Shown: positions 29,731 to 41,055, numbered from the stretch's first letter. The stretch: 64,000 nucleotides of DNA from an uncultured cyanobacterium (GCA_963793265.1 CAWBZI010000006.1:288001-352000); one strand, 5' to 3'. Notes: generated from the letters alone by a model not told the origin. Numbers and translations: made by a program.

Positions 29731-30849
29731 TTAGGTATGTTGCCCAAACGCAGGTGAGTAGATATCGCCTACCGTATGGTCTGACCTAATAGTAACGACC
29801 AAACTTGTTTGTGTCTGACAAGTTAATGGCGTAATAAACAGCTCAGGATGCAGCGCTTTCCAAAAATACACCACAAAATCGGCTATTTCCGGATCAGATA
29901 GCCCCGCTCGCCCGGTAGCCTTCATACTGCGCTCGGCTTCTTGACGCCACCTTTGCGATAGGCGATAGTCAACCGGGTTTAACACTATCAGGCTGTCTAA
30001 AAGCGACCATAAGGGAAGGTAGTCTTGCAACCGGCGGTTACTGTCAAGGGCAAACGCGCAATCGGCTGAGGTCAAAATAGGTGCAGGTAGAGCTGTAGGC
30101 TCCTTTGTGAAAAGGGTGTCTGCAACGGGCCGAGTGCCAACTAGCCAGCCTTCAAATAAGAGAATTGTGGGTGCAGGCATTGTGAAGGGAGGGATGCGAT
30201 CGCCCTGCCCACCATACAAAGACTTATCGAACTGCGGCACACTCACCTGCTCGCCTGCTGCCGCCTCTTTTATATCCCTCAGCGTCTTCATCCCCAGTTC
30301 AACATCGTGCGTGCCCGGTGGCCCCCGCCAAATCAGCCTGGGATCTTGCTGCTGAAGCACCTGCCGCTGAGCATAGGTCAAATACAAATCGTCTACTGAG
30401 AGCACAGCCATTCGGTGGCCCAGCGACTTCAGGATAAGCTGCAATATCTTGGTCAGCGTCGTTTTTCCTACGCCCTGCCCACCTAAAATGCCTTGAATAA
30501 AGGGCGCGCCGAGTGTTTTTTGCTGGCTGTCTAACTGCTGCGCCAGTGGCAACCAAAGCCGCCAAAGGGGTACGATCCAGTCGCTCCAATGCCCAGATAG
30601 TATCGTTGAGGCCGCCCCCTCACGCTCAAGCAGTTGAGCAGTTGACTGCAATAGCGATGCCCGCTGATTCAACTGCTCTACAATCATCGCCTGTGCGTTA
30701 TCAGCCGCCAGTTGAGCGGGTGCTATCGGCCAGCCGCCCTTCGCGTTAGCAATTTCCCAGGCAATAAGCTGCTGCTGCTGCGATTCAGAAGGTAGCTGGC
30801 CATCACCCCAAGCGATAACGATGGGCCAAATGTTTTGACTTGCACTCAT
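29731..30849 (-). CDS. D-glycerate 3-kinase (plant-type GLYK)-like P-loop kinase
   Basis: GGQGVGKT, LSVDDLY, RGPPGTHD, PQFDKS and FEGW motifs; ATG 30849 is the likely start. Confidence 0.85.
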   Translation of the reverse strand: MSASQNIWPIVIAWGDGQLPSESQQQQLIAWEIANAKGGWPIAPAQLAADNAQAMIVEQLNQRASLLQSTAQLLEREGAASTILSGHWSDWIVPLWRLWLPLAQQLDSQQKTLGAPFIQGILGGQGVGKTTLTKILQLILKSLGHRMAVLSVDDLYLTYAQRQVLQQQDPRLIWRGPPGTHDVELGMKTLRDIKEAAAGEQVSVPQFDKSLYGGQGDRIPPFTMPAPTILLFEGWLVGTRPVADTLFTKEPTALPAPILTSADCAFALDSNRRLQDYLPLWSLLDSLIVLNPVDYRLSQRWRQEAERSMKATGRAGLSDPEIADFVVYFWKALHPELFITPLTCQTQTSLVVTIRSDHTVGDIYSPAFGQHT

Positions 30850-30856
30850 CTGTCGC

Positions 30857-32569
30857 TTATTTCCACTGAACAAAAACGCTCGCCGCTTCATCTTTGCGCG
30901 TAGCGGCTAGGGTATCGAAATGAGCCACTAAAGGACGTGCTACCTGCTCAAGCGCTTTAAGCGCTGGAAATGTTTGACTTAGCGTAGACGCGATCGCAGG
31001 CCAATCAGCGTAGAGATATCCGCTGTTAGGCTGAGGCAGTGAAGCGACGGACTGGGAAAACCGCTGAGCGCTTAACAGCGAGTCTTGTAGGGCAAGTAAG
31101 GCACTTTCCATCGCAGATAGAGAGCTTGCGAAAATTTCGTAGTTCTCTTGTTGTAGATGCAACCCTAGTATTTCTGTTTCTAAACTACTGGCAGGCGATC
31201 GCCTAGACGATCTGCCTGGGGCCGAAGCTTTGAAACGAGTCCAGGCGATCGCCTCATCCTCTCCAATCGCCACGGGCACCGCACTATAGCCCTTCGCTTT
31301 AGCAGCCTCATCCAGACCTTTAACGCCATCAGAGACTCTTGAAACAGCCAGAATCCAATCGTCGCTGCCAGCCTTGAGTTTGCCTAGCGCATAGTCTTTG
31401 CTAGCCCAATTCCACAGAGAAAGCGGTTCAAGCTGAAGAAAATTAGGGAGCAAAGTATCGGACAAACCGGCTTCAGACAGCGCAGGCGCTAGTCGGCTGA
31501 AGCCTTCGCTTGTCAGCGCCAGCGTACTATTGGCCGGTAAAAATTTCAGCGCAGCAGAAGGCCCATTGAAAAGCGAGCTTTCGTTTTTCCTATCGGTTTC
31601 GCGCGATCGCCCACCACCTGCCCACTGAACATCAGCCATTAATCCCCCCTGCTCAACCTGCAAACCAACCGCCGCAAAGGCATGAGATGAAGCCTCATCA
31701 CCTATCAGTGCAGTATCAACATAAGCCAAACCAATACGCTCATCAGGAAGCCGGTTAACGGCCCGACGATAGGCTCTGTTTTGAGCCAGGTTTGCAGCGG
31801 TCTGAGTTGTGCGAAGGCTGCGGCGTAAAACCCGCACGTCGTTTGCAAAAAGAATGAACTGATCGCCTACCAGCGCACTTGCAGAGGTAATCGCACGATT
31901 GTTTAGCGGCGCATTAGGCGAGCTATAGAGAATACGAACGCCGCTATCCTGCTCGCTTTGAGGTGCATTTCCTAGCAGGCTCTGACGCTGCCAAAAAAGC
32001 TGCAAAAAGTCACGAGCCTGCTGCTGTTTCTGTGGCGCAATTTCTATCGCCAGCAAGGAACCAGCCTGCTGACCGTTGGCCTCGTCTAAGTCAATATCTG
32101 TATCGGTAAAGGCATAGGTCACTTCATTGCCAATCCAGGGCGCAATGTCTAAGTCGTAGTCGAGCCCGGTGTTTTTAAGCAGGCTTTGCTTAAGCTGATC
32201 GACGTCTTGAAGCACTTGCGATCGCCCCTCGGGCGAAACCATCGCCTGCTGCAAGCTCACAAGCTTTTCGGGCTTTGTGAGCAGCGATAGGGTAAACGGC
32301 GAATAGGCCGGGACAAAAGCCGTCGCAGCGGCAATGGGGCGATCGCCGCCTGAAAGCAGCGCCAGCGGACTATTTGCTATTAAGTACCCGTAGCCAACAC
32401 CCCCTAAAGACCAAAACACCAAAACAAAAGCGAGCAAGCCCACAAAGAACTTACTCGCAAAAAACCGACGAACCGAACGATTCGACCCATCATCTGGCGC
32501 ATTGTTTGGCTTATTATCTGGCGCAGCAGCCGTCATAACCTGTGACCTGTCAAATGACCGTTCACTCAA
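30857..32569 (-). CDS. DUF3352-family membrane-anchored protein
   Basis: N-terminal TM; GLDYDLDIAPWIGNE pattern. Confidence 0.7.
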   Translation of the reverse strand: MSERSFDRSQVMTAAAPDNKPNNAPDDGSNRSVRRFFASKFFVGLLAFVLVFWSLGGVGYGYLIANSPLALLSGGDRPIAAATAFVPAYSPFTLSLLTKPEKLVSLQQAMVSPEGRSQVLQDVDQLKQSLLKNTGLDYDLDIAPWIGNEVTYAFTDTDIDLDEANGQQAGSLLAIEIAPQKQQQARDFLQLFWQRQSLLGNAPQSEQDSGVRILYSSPNAPLNNRAITSASALVGDQFILFANDVRVLRRSLRTTQTAANLAQNRAYRRAVNRLPDERIGLAYVDTALIGDEASSHAFAAVGLQVEQGGLMADVQWAGGGRSRETDRKNESSLFNGPSAALKFLPANSTLALTSEGFSRLAPALSEAGLSDTLLPNFLQLEPLSLWNWASKDYALGKLKAGSDDWILAVSRVSDGVKGLDEAAKAKGYSAVPVAIGEDEAIAWTRFKASAPGRSSRRSPASSLETEILGLHLQQENYEIFASSLSAMESALLALQDSLLSAQRFSQSVASLPQPNSGYLYADWPAIASTLSQTFPALKALEQVARPLVAHFDTLAATRKDEAASVFVQWK

Positions 32570-32593
32570 GTCTATAATGCTGCGCCTATCTTC

Positions 32594-33199
32594 CTAGTCC
32601 AAATCTTCGTTACGCCATACCGCAACTAGCCGCCCGTCGATATGCACATCCTCAGCCGGATAGTGCATCGGTTCAAACCTCGGATTGGCAGGCTTAAGCA
32701 CAACGGTATCTTCTTCAAGATGGTAGTACTTAAGCGTCGTTGTAGACTCCACCCGAGCGGCCACGATAGTGCCATTACGGATACGAGAAGGCTCTGGCAC
32801 CTTACGCATAATCACAATGTCGCCATCGTCAATCAGCGCTTCTATCATCGAGTCGCCGCGAACCTTAAGGGCAAAATCTCCCCCTTTAAAGGCAAGTGAA
32901 GCGGGGTTGAAATGTTCTACGGTGTCGGTAAAGGCTTCTACCATAGAACCGGCTGCGATCGCGCCAAAAATAGGCACGCCCTGTGACTCCTGCAAAATCC
33001 GAATAGTACGGGCCTTACCTTCTGTCCAGTCAATATATTCTTTATTGCGCAAATGCTCTAACCGGCTCTGAATGGGCGCTGGCGACTTCAGCTTCATCGC
33101 CCGCATCATCTGCCGAATAGAGGGAGAATGACGATTGACTCGAATATATTGTACTAGCCAGTCGTAAAGCTCCTGTTGGGCTGTCGTCAAAGATTCCAT
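32594..33199 (-). CDS. lexA: SOS repressor LexA
   Basis: N-terminal wHTH (PSIRQMM...IQSRLEHL), Ala-Gly site (AIAAG), catalytic GDSM and Lys (TTLK). Confidence 0.95.
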   Translation of the reverse strand: MESLTTAQQELYDWLVQYIRVNRHSPSIRQMMRAMKLKSPAPIQSRLEHLRNKEYIDWTEGKARTIRILQESQGVPIFGAIAAGSMVEAFTDTVEHFNPASLAFKGGDFALKVRGDSMIEALIDDGDIVIMRKVPEPSRIRNGTIVAARVESTTTLKYYHLEEDTVVLKPANPRFEPMHYPAEDVHIDGRLVAVWRNEDLD

Positions 33200-33233
33200 C
33201 ACAATTTCTCGGGCTATCAACTACATACTAATA

Positions 33234-33247
33234 AGAACAACCGTACC
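33234..33247 (-). promoter_or_regulatory. LexA box upstream of lexA (autoregulation)
   Basis: Minus-strand GGTACGGTTGTTCT is a perfect match to the cyanobacterial consensus RGTACNNNDGTWCB, about 35 nt before the ATG. Confidence 0.75.
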
Positions 33248-33365
33248 AATTCCCACGGATTTTGTCCATAGATTTGTCCTCAGGTGTTCCTTCACCCAGC
33301 GCACACGCTGCTAGGTGTTCATACTGAAGGGCTCCAAGCGTTGTATAGAAAAGTAACGTCCACTA

Positions 33366-33401
33366 AAAAAGGAGACTTTGGTTAGTACAAAGTCTCCTTT
33401 T
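33366..33401 (-). terminator. Intrinsic terminator after sigA
   Basis: AAAAGGAGACTTTG-GTTAGTA-CAAAGTCTCCTTTT with a U-run on the minus strand. Confidence 0.8.
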
Positions 33402-33440
33402 ATTTAGGCGTTAAGCATCCAGCGATTGGCAAGCATTATC

Positions 33441-34673
33441 CTAACGGATATACTCTTTCAGAACGCTGTTGCGATTAGGATGACGTAGCTTGCGCAAAGC
33501 CTTTGCCTCAATTTGACGAATGCGCTCACGCGTCACATTAAAGATTTGGCCGATCTCTTCTAAGGTCTTCATGCGACCGTCGTCTAGGCCGTAGCGCAGA
33601 CGCAGCACATCGCGCTCGCGAGGGCTTAGCGTGCTCAATACGCTCTCAAGGTCTTCGCGCAGCAGGCTCTTAGACACTTCATCTTCCGGCGTTTCGCCAT
33701 CCGACTCAATAAAGTCACCCAGGCGAGAGTCCTCTTCTTTACCAATTGGCGTTTCAAGAGAAATCGGTAGCTGCGCAGACTTAGCAATAAAGCGCAGCTT
33801 CTCAATGGTCATTTCCATCCGAGTTGCAATCTCTTCTTCAGTCGGCTTGCGACCTAGCTCTTGAGAAAGCAGCTTGGTGGTCTTTTTGATGCGAGAGATG
33901 GTTTCGTAGAGGTGAACAGGCAGGCGAATAGTACGTGACTGGTCAGCGATCGCCCGCGTAATCGCCTGACGAATCCACCAGGTTGCATAGGTAGAGAACT
34001 TGTAGCCCTTCTCATGGTCAAACTTTTCAGCAGCGCGAATTAGGCCCAAGCTACCTTCTTGAATCAGGTCTTGAAAAGATAGCCCCCGGTTCATGTACTT
34101 TTTAGCAATCGATACGACCAGTCGCAGGTTCGATTGAACCATTTTGTCTTTGGCGCGGCGGCCCAAGTGCAGACGGCGGCGGAATGCAGGTAGCGGCATG
34201 TCCACAGCATTGGCCCAGTCAGCATCCGTAGGCTCATCTTCTAGCTGATCGTCAATTTCATCGCGAATTCTCTCTAGCTCTAGCAAATCTGCAATCTTAC
34301 GAGCCAGCTCAATCTCTTCTTCGGCGCGTAGCAAACGAATGCGGCCAATCTCTTGCAAATACAGCCGAATAGAGTCTTCTGTGTAGTGCTTTTTCTTAGT
34401 TTGAGCAGTCCGACGCCGCGTTGTCTTTTTTGCAGTGTCTTTCTTGGCAGTATCTTTAGACGCTTTGGCAGTACTTTTCTCGCTCGCCTTAGTCGTCTTA
34501 GTCTTCTTAGCGGTTCCCTTTTTGGCTTTCGTCGCGGTCGCTGAACCTTTATCTGTCAAATCTATCGATGCTGCCTTACGAGTAGTTTTTGCTTTCCCGG
34601 TAGCCGCTGTCGTCACTGCAACGCTCTCAATACTGGGTTCTAAAGTTTCAACTGTGTTGTTAGCCTGGGTCAT
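33441..34673 (-). CDS. sigA: Primary RNA polymerase sigma factor (group 1)
   Basis: [40 protein letters not shown] and [18 protein letters not shown]; Lys-rich N-terminus. Confidence 0.95.
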   Translation of the reverse strand: MTQANNTVETLEPSIESVAVTTAATGKAKTTRKAASIDLTDKGSATATKAKKGTAKKTKTTKASEKSTAKASKDTAKKDTAKKTTRRRTAQTKKKHYTEDSIRLYLQEIGRIRLLRAEEEIELARKIADLLELERIRDEIDDQLEDEPTDADWANAVDMPLPAFRRRLHLGRRAKDKMVQSNLRLVVSIAKKYMNRGLSFQDLIQEGSLGLIRAAEKFDHEKGYKFSTYATWWIRQAITRAIADQSRTIRLPVHLYETISRIKKTTKLLSQELGRKPTEEEIATRMEMTIEKLRFIAKSAQLPISLETPIGKEEDSRLGDFIESDGETPEDEVSKSLLREDLESVLSTLSPRERDVLRLRYGLDDGRMKTLEEIGQIFNVTRERIRQIEAKALRKLRHPNRNSVLKEYIR

Positions 34674-35354
34674 GCCGCGTTCCTCTTGCTCCTTAGCTTA
34701 TAGGTGAATAAGTCAGGTTGAATAATTCAGGGTTGGCAGATATCTATAGATGGTTTTGCCGGAGGGGTTAAGCCTGGGCATTTTTATCTGTAGAAGTTGC
34801 CTGTCGTTATGTAGTTCACGTGTGTGATGGTGAATGAATCGCCAAAGGGACTTTTACTTGTGCCCGTTTTAGCAGTTCAAGCTCTGTTTCAAGCTGAGGT
34901 CTTTTCCGAGCACTTATCTAACCGTCTATCTAGCTGAGAATCGCAGTAGGGTTATCGCTAGTTTTCTACCCAGCGGTACATAGGCCAGCAGGCCAAGTCG
35001 ACTCAAACTATTGAAGGGAAAGTGTGTGGAAGTAAGACTGCTTCAAAAACTTTCGGGTGAAAATGTGTACTTAGATATGCGCCTCAGGGAATTTACTGAA
35101 CCTAGTTAGCGGCTTGCGAGCTGAACTCGCCTACCAACCTACCTGCTTAGCTATCGGACGGCCGCGCTGAAAAGAGGCTACCCACTAATCAAGTAAATTT
35201 AAACTGTTCTCATCAGAGCCCTACAGATTGTAGCTTTCTAGACAAGATTTCACCACTTCCAGTTCCGTCACACACCACCTTTGTAAATGTGCTGTGTTTC
35301 TACAGTGTTAACACGTACTGATCAAAATATGCCAGATTTTGATGCTAATTGTGC

Positions 35355-35370
35355 TGTGATCTAAGTCATA
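35355..35370. promoter_or_regulatory. Candidate CRP/SyCrp1 binding site upstream of sigA
   Basis: TGTGA-TCTAAG-TCATA; one mismatch to TGTGA-N6-TCACA. Confidence 0.45.
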
Positions 35371-35684
35371 TTCACACCTGAGAAAATTATAGATAAAGCT
35401 GACTAACGACTTATGTAGCCTGCATTTCGTCTATCCTTTAAACGCCGTAGCCTCCGTATATATAGGCAGAAGTTTTGCTAGTGCGTTAGTTTTTTAAACG
35501 CTAAATCTCTTAATATTCTTTTTTAAAAAGATTTTTTTAGTGTCTAATTGTACAGATCATTAGATTAACTTATGTATTAGTTTTTCTTTTCATATCGAGA
35601 AAGAAAACCAGGTTCTACATCAGTTAACTCGTACTTTCTATGCGAATCTAGCGGCTCTAAAGCGTACTTAAAGCCCTGAAAAAT

Positions 35685-36074
35685 CTATGCTGGCTGAAGG
35701 CATTTTTGCTTTGCCATCGCTGACTCGTTCAGAGAACTTAGAACGTCTGTGCTCATGGGCGTCACAAAAAAGCCATCAATTTCAGGGCTACCTATTTGAG
35801 GCTCCCATATCAGATCGCTAGACTCGTTAAGCGAGACAATCACAATCGCTTCTGGCTGAACGCTTTGCCTAATTTGCTGCGCAACTCTAGGGGATGACCA
35901 AGTTTGGCTGTTCTCACCGGAGAGAATAACGAGGTAGGGAGGGTTTGCTTGAGCTGTTGCGATCGCCATCTCGGGCGAGTCAGCAATGACCATCGGACAG
36001 CGAATAATTTCGTTGTTTTGCAGGTCACCCGGCATCTGGCCAATGATTAAAACGTAGTCCTGTGGGTGGAGCAT
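35685..36074 (-). CDS. Stand-alone degenerate (pseudo-)receiver domain protein
   Basis: Receiver-like pattern (YVLII...PYLVILS...IVIVS...DGFFVTP) with the phospho-Asp and conserved Lys replaced. Confidence 0.6.
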   Translation of the reverse strand: MLHPQDYVLIIGQMPGDLQNNEIIRCPMVIADSPEMAIATAQANPPYLVILSGENSQTWSSPRVAQQIRQSVQPEAIVIVSLNESSDLIWEPQIGSPEIDGFFVTPMSTDVLSSLNESAMAKQKCLQPA

Positions 36075-36238
36075 AGATCGCAAGCCAGCTTTACAATATC
36101 TCTGCCTTTACTATGAACGGGCCGCTGATACTCAACGGCCCAATGAAAACCTTCTTATTGAGTGTTATCAAAAGTAAGTAGTCTGAGCCGGTCTAGCGCC
36201 TGAAAAGACATGTTTCGCAATCTGGTCAGGAAATCTGG

Positions 36239-36961
36239 TTATGGGGACAGGCGGGCTTTTTTGAGGCGGTTGGTTTCGTACCATTGGGCGATCGCAGGCA
36301 CCCATTCTTGAAAGTGCGGCCAAATGGCTTCACATAGCTTTTGCGCCTCTAGCTGCGCGTCTGCTTTCCACCGCAGGTCTAGCAGGTGCATCAGCGAGCG
36401 GGCATTTGCCGAAAGCACCCAATGCTGCCGCACGTCAAAGGGAATCAGCCCCCGAGCGTGTTCCTCAGAGAAGCCCTGATCGATTCGGGTTTTATAGCGC
36501 TTACAGCCCTGTATGCACCACTCCAAATCCTGCTGGCGAAGCTCTTCGGTATATTCGTACTTCTTACCCTGACGGTCGGTATAAGCGCCTAAAGGCCGCA
36601 GGTAAAAAACATCCTCTACGTCAGTTTTACCTTTCGCCACATCCAGAATTCGAGAGCCTGTATATCTGAAAGATTGCACATCAAAACTTAATCCGACCCG
36701 ATGAGTGCGAATTTGCTGCATGGTGGAGTGAGGAAAAAAGCCGCAGTTGAGCACAATTTGAGGGTGCTCTAGGGGGCCGAAGTGGCCGCGTCCGCCTTTG
36801 AGAAGGTTACGGATGACTAGCTCGCCTGCTTTTTCTTCACAGGGCCATTCATCGCGCTTGTCCCAAACGAATTCCTCGGCATAGTCTTGGTGCATTCCAG
36901 CGTAGATGGTCTGCTGAGGATTGGGGGTTTTTGAAATGACTTCGACTCTGAAGCGATCCAT
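36239..36961 (-). CDS. thyX: FAD-dependent thymidylate synthase
   Basis: GHFGPLEH, RTHRVGLSFDVQSFRY and EHARGLIP motifs. Confidence 0.93.
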   Translation of the reverse strand: MDRFRVEVISKTPNPQQTIYAGMHQDYAEEFVWDKRDEWPCEEKAGELVIRNLLKGGRGHFGPLEHPQIVLNCGFFPHSTMQQIRTHRVGLSFDVQSFRYTGSRILDVAKGKTDVEDVFYLRPLGAYTDRQGKKYEYTEELRQQDLEWCIQGCKRYKTRIDQGFSEEHARGLIPFDVRQHWVLSANARSLMHLLDLRWKADAQLEAQKLCEAIWPHFQEWVPAIAQWYETNRLKKARLSP

Positions 36962-37147
36962 AGAAGTAGCAAAAAATTAGCGGACAGGGCGTTTCATTTT
37001 CCTCCTTTTGGCCTAGCAGAAAAAATAAAAACATAATTTTTATAGATGATGGGTCTACGAACAATGTTCAGCCGGTTTTCTGCCCTTTAGCAAAGCGGGC
37101 ATAGCCGTTAAAATAGGAGCAGTTGATAGATCAATTGAAGGAAATAT

Positions 37148-37816
37148 ATGGCATTTTTTGGAATGGGCAACGGTAAAAAAGACGCGATGCCGAGTGCTCA
37201 AGACGCATTGCCTGGGCGCGATAAGAAAATAGCTGTCCCAGAGAAGCACTACGTAAATGGTAATAAGCTTGAAGCCCCTTTCCCTGAAGGCACAGAGCTG
37301 GCTATGTTTGGCTTGGGCTGCTTTTGGGGCGCTGAGCGTAAGTTTTGGCAAACCGAAGGCGTTTACAGCACTGCTGTCGGCTATGCCGCAGGATCTACGC
37401 CAAACCCGACCTATCGTGAGGTGTGCTCAGGCATGACGGGCCACAACGAGGTCGTACTGGTGGCTTACGATCCTAAAGTGGTGAGCTATGAAAAGCTGCT
37501 TAAGGTGTTTTGGGAAAGCCATAACCCCACCCAAGGAATGCGACAGGGTAACGACAGGGGCACTCAGTATCGCTCTGGAATCTATACCTTCTCTGACGAG
37601 CAGATGAAGGTAGCTAAGGAATCGCAGGAAATGTACCAAAAGGCTTTGACAGAAGCTGGTCATGGGCAAATCACCACTGAGGTTTTGCCTGCGCCTGAGT
37701 TCTACTACGCTGAAGACTACCATCAGCAGTATCTGGCTAAAAATCCCGGTGGCTACTGTGGTTTAGGCGGTGTTAATGTCTCCTGTCCGATTGGAGTAGG
37801 CGCAACCGCTTCTTAG
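37148..37816 (+). CDS. msrA: Peptide-methionine (S)-sulfoxide reductase
   Basis: GCFWG, GHNEVV, GTQYRS and AEDYHQQY motifs. Confidence 0.96.
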   Translation: MAFFGMGNGKKDAMPSAQDALPGRDKKIAVPEKHYVNGNKLEAPFPEGTELAMFGLGCFWGAERKFWQTEGVYSTAVGYAAGSTPNPTYREVCSGMTGHNEVVLVAYDPKVVSYEKLLKVFWESHNPTQGMRQGNDRGTQYRSGIYTFSDEQMKVAKESQEMYQKALTEAGHGQITTEVLPAPEFYYAEDYHQQYLAKNPGGYCGLGGVNVSCPIGVGATAS

Positions 37817-37895
37817 GTTCGTCACTCACGTTTCGCTTAGCCGTTTGAATGAAGCAAACTAAATAAGTGACAGCAGCGCCACGGTGGATTTTAAA

Positions 37896-38918
37896 CTATT
37901 CGCTGTGGCGTTTTTGGTGCCATTGCCAGGCATGAGTGATGATGTTTTCAAGATCAGGATACTGAGGTGTCCAGTTAAGAACCCGCTGTGCTCTTTCACT
38001 GGTGCCTACCAGGCTCGGTGGATCGCCAGGGCGGCGATCGCACTCCACCGCCCTAATTTCTTTCCCAGTCACCTGACGCGCCGTCTCAATTACCTCTTTC
38101 ACCGTAAAGCCGCTGCCATTCCCCAGGTTAAAGAAGGACGTTTCGCCACCTGCTAGCAAATATTCGACGCCTTTTACGTGAGCTTCAGCTAAATCTGAAA
38201 CGTGAATGTAGTCGCGAATGCAGGTACCATCGCGCGTTTCGTAGTCGGTGCCAAAAATAGAAATGGAGTCGCGTTTGCCCAAAGCTGCGAAAAGAACCAG
38301 GGGGATCAGGTGCGTTTCGGGGTTGTGATCTTCGCCAAGACGGCCCTGGGGATCGGCTCCGGCAGCGTTGAAGTAGCGAAAGCAGACTGACTGTAGGCCG
38401 TATGCTGACTGGAAGTCGAGCAGGATTTTTTCCACCATTAGCTTACTGGTGGCGTAGGGACTGATGGGGTTTTGCGGATGATCTTCGGGAATCGGTACCG
38501 TTTTAGGCGGGCCGTAGATGGCGCAGGTGGAAGAGAACACAAGCCGCTTTACGCCTGCAGCAACCATCGCCTCTAGCAAATTAAGCGTGCCGTAGACGTT
38601 ATTTCGGTAGTACTTGGCAGGTTCGCTGACCGATTCACCCACCGCGATGTAGGCGGCAAAGTGCATCACTGCCGCGATGTTGTAGGTGCTAAATAGCTCG
38701 TCTAAAAGCGGGCGATCGGTGGTGTCGCCAATAATGATTTTGGCTTTGAGATGCTGTTCGACCAGCTCTTTGTGGCCGTATTCTAAGTTATCGAGAATAA
38801 CGGTTTGGTAGCCTGCTGATTCTAGCGCTAGTACCGCGTGAGAGCCGATGTAGCCTGCGCCGCCCGTGACGAGGACGGTTGGTTTATGAGAAGCTTTGGA
38901 AGGAGAGGCGATCGCCAT
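37896..38918 (-). CDS. galE: UDP-glucose 4-epimerase
   Basis: TGGAGYIGSH, YATSK, RYFNAAGA and RDYIHV motifs. Confidence 0.95.
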   Translation of the reverse strand: MAIASPSKASHKPTVLVTGGAGYIGSHAVLALESAGYQTVILDNLEYGHKELVEQHLKAKIIIGDTTDRPLLDELFSTYNIAAVMHFAAYIAVGESVSEPAKYYRNNVYGTLNLLEAMVAAGVKRLVFSSTCAIYGPPKTVPIPEDHPQNPISPYATSKLMVEKILLDFQSAYGLQSVCFRYFNAAGADPQGRLGEDHNPETHLIPLVLFAALGKRDSISIFGTDYETRDGTCIRDYIHVSDLAEAHVKGVEYLLAGGETSFFNLGNGSGFTVKEVIETARQVTGKEIRAVECDRRPGDPPSLVGTSERAQRVLNWTPQYPDLENIITHAWQWHQKRHSE

Positions 38919-39083
38919 GACAGTAGCTAGTTAAAAATAACGACAAATACAAAGACCCAAGGCTATTAGATTATGAGCCCATGCGATCAATTTGACTGAG
39001 GCGATCACCCAACTTCATCCATTATTTTAGTTGCAGCATACGGAATCTTCAGATAGCTGTATGGATAGACGCAAGCGCAAAAG

Positions 39084-40265
39084 CTAAGAAGCGCAGAGCA
39101 CCATATTATCCCGATGAATCACCGTTTCTGCACCTTCATGTCCTAGCAGCCGAGCAATATCCGCCGAGCGATGCCCGCAAATCTTGCGCAAATCCTCATC
39201 GCTGTAGTTCACCAAGCCTCGCGCAATTTCCTGGCCGCCCTCGTCGCACAGCAGTACCGCATCCTGCACCGAAAATTCGCCCTCTACTTCGGTGATGCCT
39301 GCCGGTAGCAATGACTTGCCTGCTGACTGGATGGCCTTGATCGCACCCCCATCCAAATACAGCCGCCCCGCCGGGATCAAATTACCCGCAATCCAGCGCT
39401 TACGGGCCGTCGGCAGCTTAGATTGCGCCTCAAACAGCGTCCCAATCGGCTCACCCTGCACAACCTTGAGAATATTTTCAGGCGTTTGCCCCTGAATAAT
39501 TACGGTATGAGCACCCGCCGCCGTCGCAATCCGAGCGGCTTCTATTTTAGTTGCCATACCGCCTGTCCCCCAACTAGAGCCTGCCGCACCGATATCGGCA
39601 TCCAGCAAATTGATGTTGCGAACCCGGCTGATCGGCTTAGCCTCCGGGTCTTGACGTGGATCGGCAGAATAAAGCTGATCTACATCGGTGAGCAGAAACA
39701 AGTAGTCGGCAGATACCAGACTTGCAACCATGGCCGAGAGGGTATCGTTATCGCCAAACTTAAGCTCATCAACAGCAACCGTGTCGTTTTCATTAACGAT
39801 AGGAATAACGCCAAGCTGCGAGAGCTGGCGGAAGGTGCGATAGCTATTGACATAGCGCGATCGCTGAGCCAGGTCGCTGCGAGTCAGCAACACCTGAGCA
39901 ATCGGCTGATTGAGCGACGAGAACAAATCGTCATATACCCGCATCAAACGGCCCTGCCCAACCGCCGCCACCGCCTGCTTCAAAGCGATGGTCTTAGGTC
40001 TTTGAGTAATGCCCAGGCGAGCGCACCCTACGCCCACCGCACCTGAAGACACCAGTACGACGCTGTGCCCTAGCTGCTGTAGCTGACAAATCGTTTCAAC
40101 CAGGCTAGCGATCGTGGATAAAGCTAGGTGGCCAGTTTCTAATCGGGTCAGGCTAGACGTGCCGATTTTGATGACTAGCGTTTTAACGGGCGTTTTAACG
40201 GACGTTTTAGCGGGCGTTTTAGCGAGATTTGGGTCGTTGCCTGAAGACGTAGGCTGCTGAGGCAT
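39084..40265 (-). CDS. proB: Glutamate 5-kinase
   Basis: [17 protein letters not shown] and GTGGMATK motifs; C-terminal PUA domain. Confidence 0.96.
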   Translation of the reverse strand: MPQQPTSSGNDPNLAKTPAKTSVKTPVKTLVIKIGTSSLTRLETGHLALSTIASLVETICQLQQLGHSVVLVSSGAVGVGCARLGITQRPKTIALKQAVAAVGQGRLMRVYDDLFSSLNQPIAQVLLTRSDLAQRSRYVNSYRTFRQLSQLGVIPIVNENDTVAVDELKFGDNDTLSAMVASLVSADYLFLLTDVDQLYSADPRQDPEAKPISRVRNINLLDADIGAAGSSWGTGGMATKIEAARIATAAGAHTVIIQGQTPENILKVVQGEPIGTLFEAQSKLPTARKRWIAGNLIPAGRLYLDGGAIKAIQSAGKSLLPAGITEVEGEFSVQDAVLLCDEGGQEIARGLVNYSDEDLRKICGHRSADIARLLGHEGAETVIHRDNMVLCAS

Positions 40266-40290
40266 GGCTTGTTTTGAAATTGAAAGGCAT

Positions 40291-40322
40291 TAAAAAGGGG
40301 ACAGAAAATGCTTTCTGTCCCC
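40291..40322 (-). terminator. Intrinsic-terminator-like hairpin just upstream of the proB start
   Basis: Minus strand GGGGACAGAAA-GCAT-TTTCTGTCCCC-TTTTT. Confidence 0.7.
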
Positions 40323-40466
40323 GATATTATGATGAAATTTAGGCAGCTATTTTAAGGAAGACCTTCAATTAGTTTTTGGCCTTGAAATTATTTTCTCCAA
40401 TCTGTTAGCGTTTTGTCTTATCTATTAGATTTTCTTTATTTTTTAGCTTTACTCTCAAACAATTCC

Positions 40467-40979
40467 TCAGGCGAGCGTAACGCCTAGCCGCTGCGATATC
40501 CAAAATTCGGCATTGCGCAGTAGGTTTTTAGGATCTTTAGAGTTAGGCTCTAGCATGGGCTGAACCAAGATCGTGAACAGGCCAACACGGTTGCCTGCGA
40601 GTACATCAGTGAACAGGCGATCGCCCACCATTGCGATCACCTCAAACGGCAAGTTCATTTCTTCAGCCGCCTTCCGCAGCTTCTTACGCGACGGCTTACC
40701 GGCACTCGCGACAAAAGGCACACCGATGTTTTCAGCGATCGCCCGAATTCGCTCACGCCCCACGTTATTGCTTACCAGCGACACTGGCACCGCTGCCTGA
40801 ATTTCTTTAATCCACACTTCCACATCTGGCGAAAGATGCTTTTGACCTACTGGCACAATGGTTTCGTCTACATCCAGCACCAATCCCTTGAGCTTGCGAT
40901 CGCGAATCACATCTGGCGTGATGCCTAAAACCGATTGGCCCAAAACTAAATCAGGCTGTAGGAGAGTAATCCAGCTCAT
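40467..40979 (-). CDS. YqeG-family HAD IIIA phosphatase
   Basis: LDVDETIV, VSNN, KP and VGDRLFTD motifs. Confidence 0.92.
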   Translation of the reverse strand: MSWITLLQPDLVLGQSVLGITPDVIRDRKLKGLVLDVDETIVPVGQKHLSPDVEVWIKEIQAAVPVSLVSNNVGRERIRAIAENIGVPFVASAGKPSRKKLRKAAEEMNLPFEVIAMVGDRLFTDVLAGNRVGLFTILVQPMLEPNSKDPKNLLRNAEFWISQRLGVTLA

Positions 40980-41055
40980 AGTGATCGCAGGTGAAATGTA
41001 GAGTTCAGAACTATTAAACCCTCTATTGAACGCCTATGTGAACTCTTGAGGCGGC

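Noticed and set aside
39423..40046. 207-aa + strand ORF
   Set aside because: It lies entirely antisense to proB and has no motifs.
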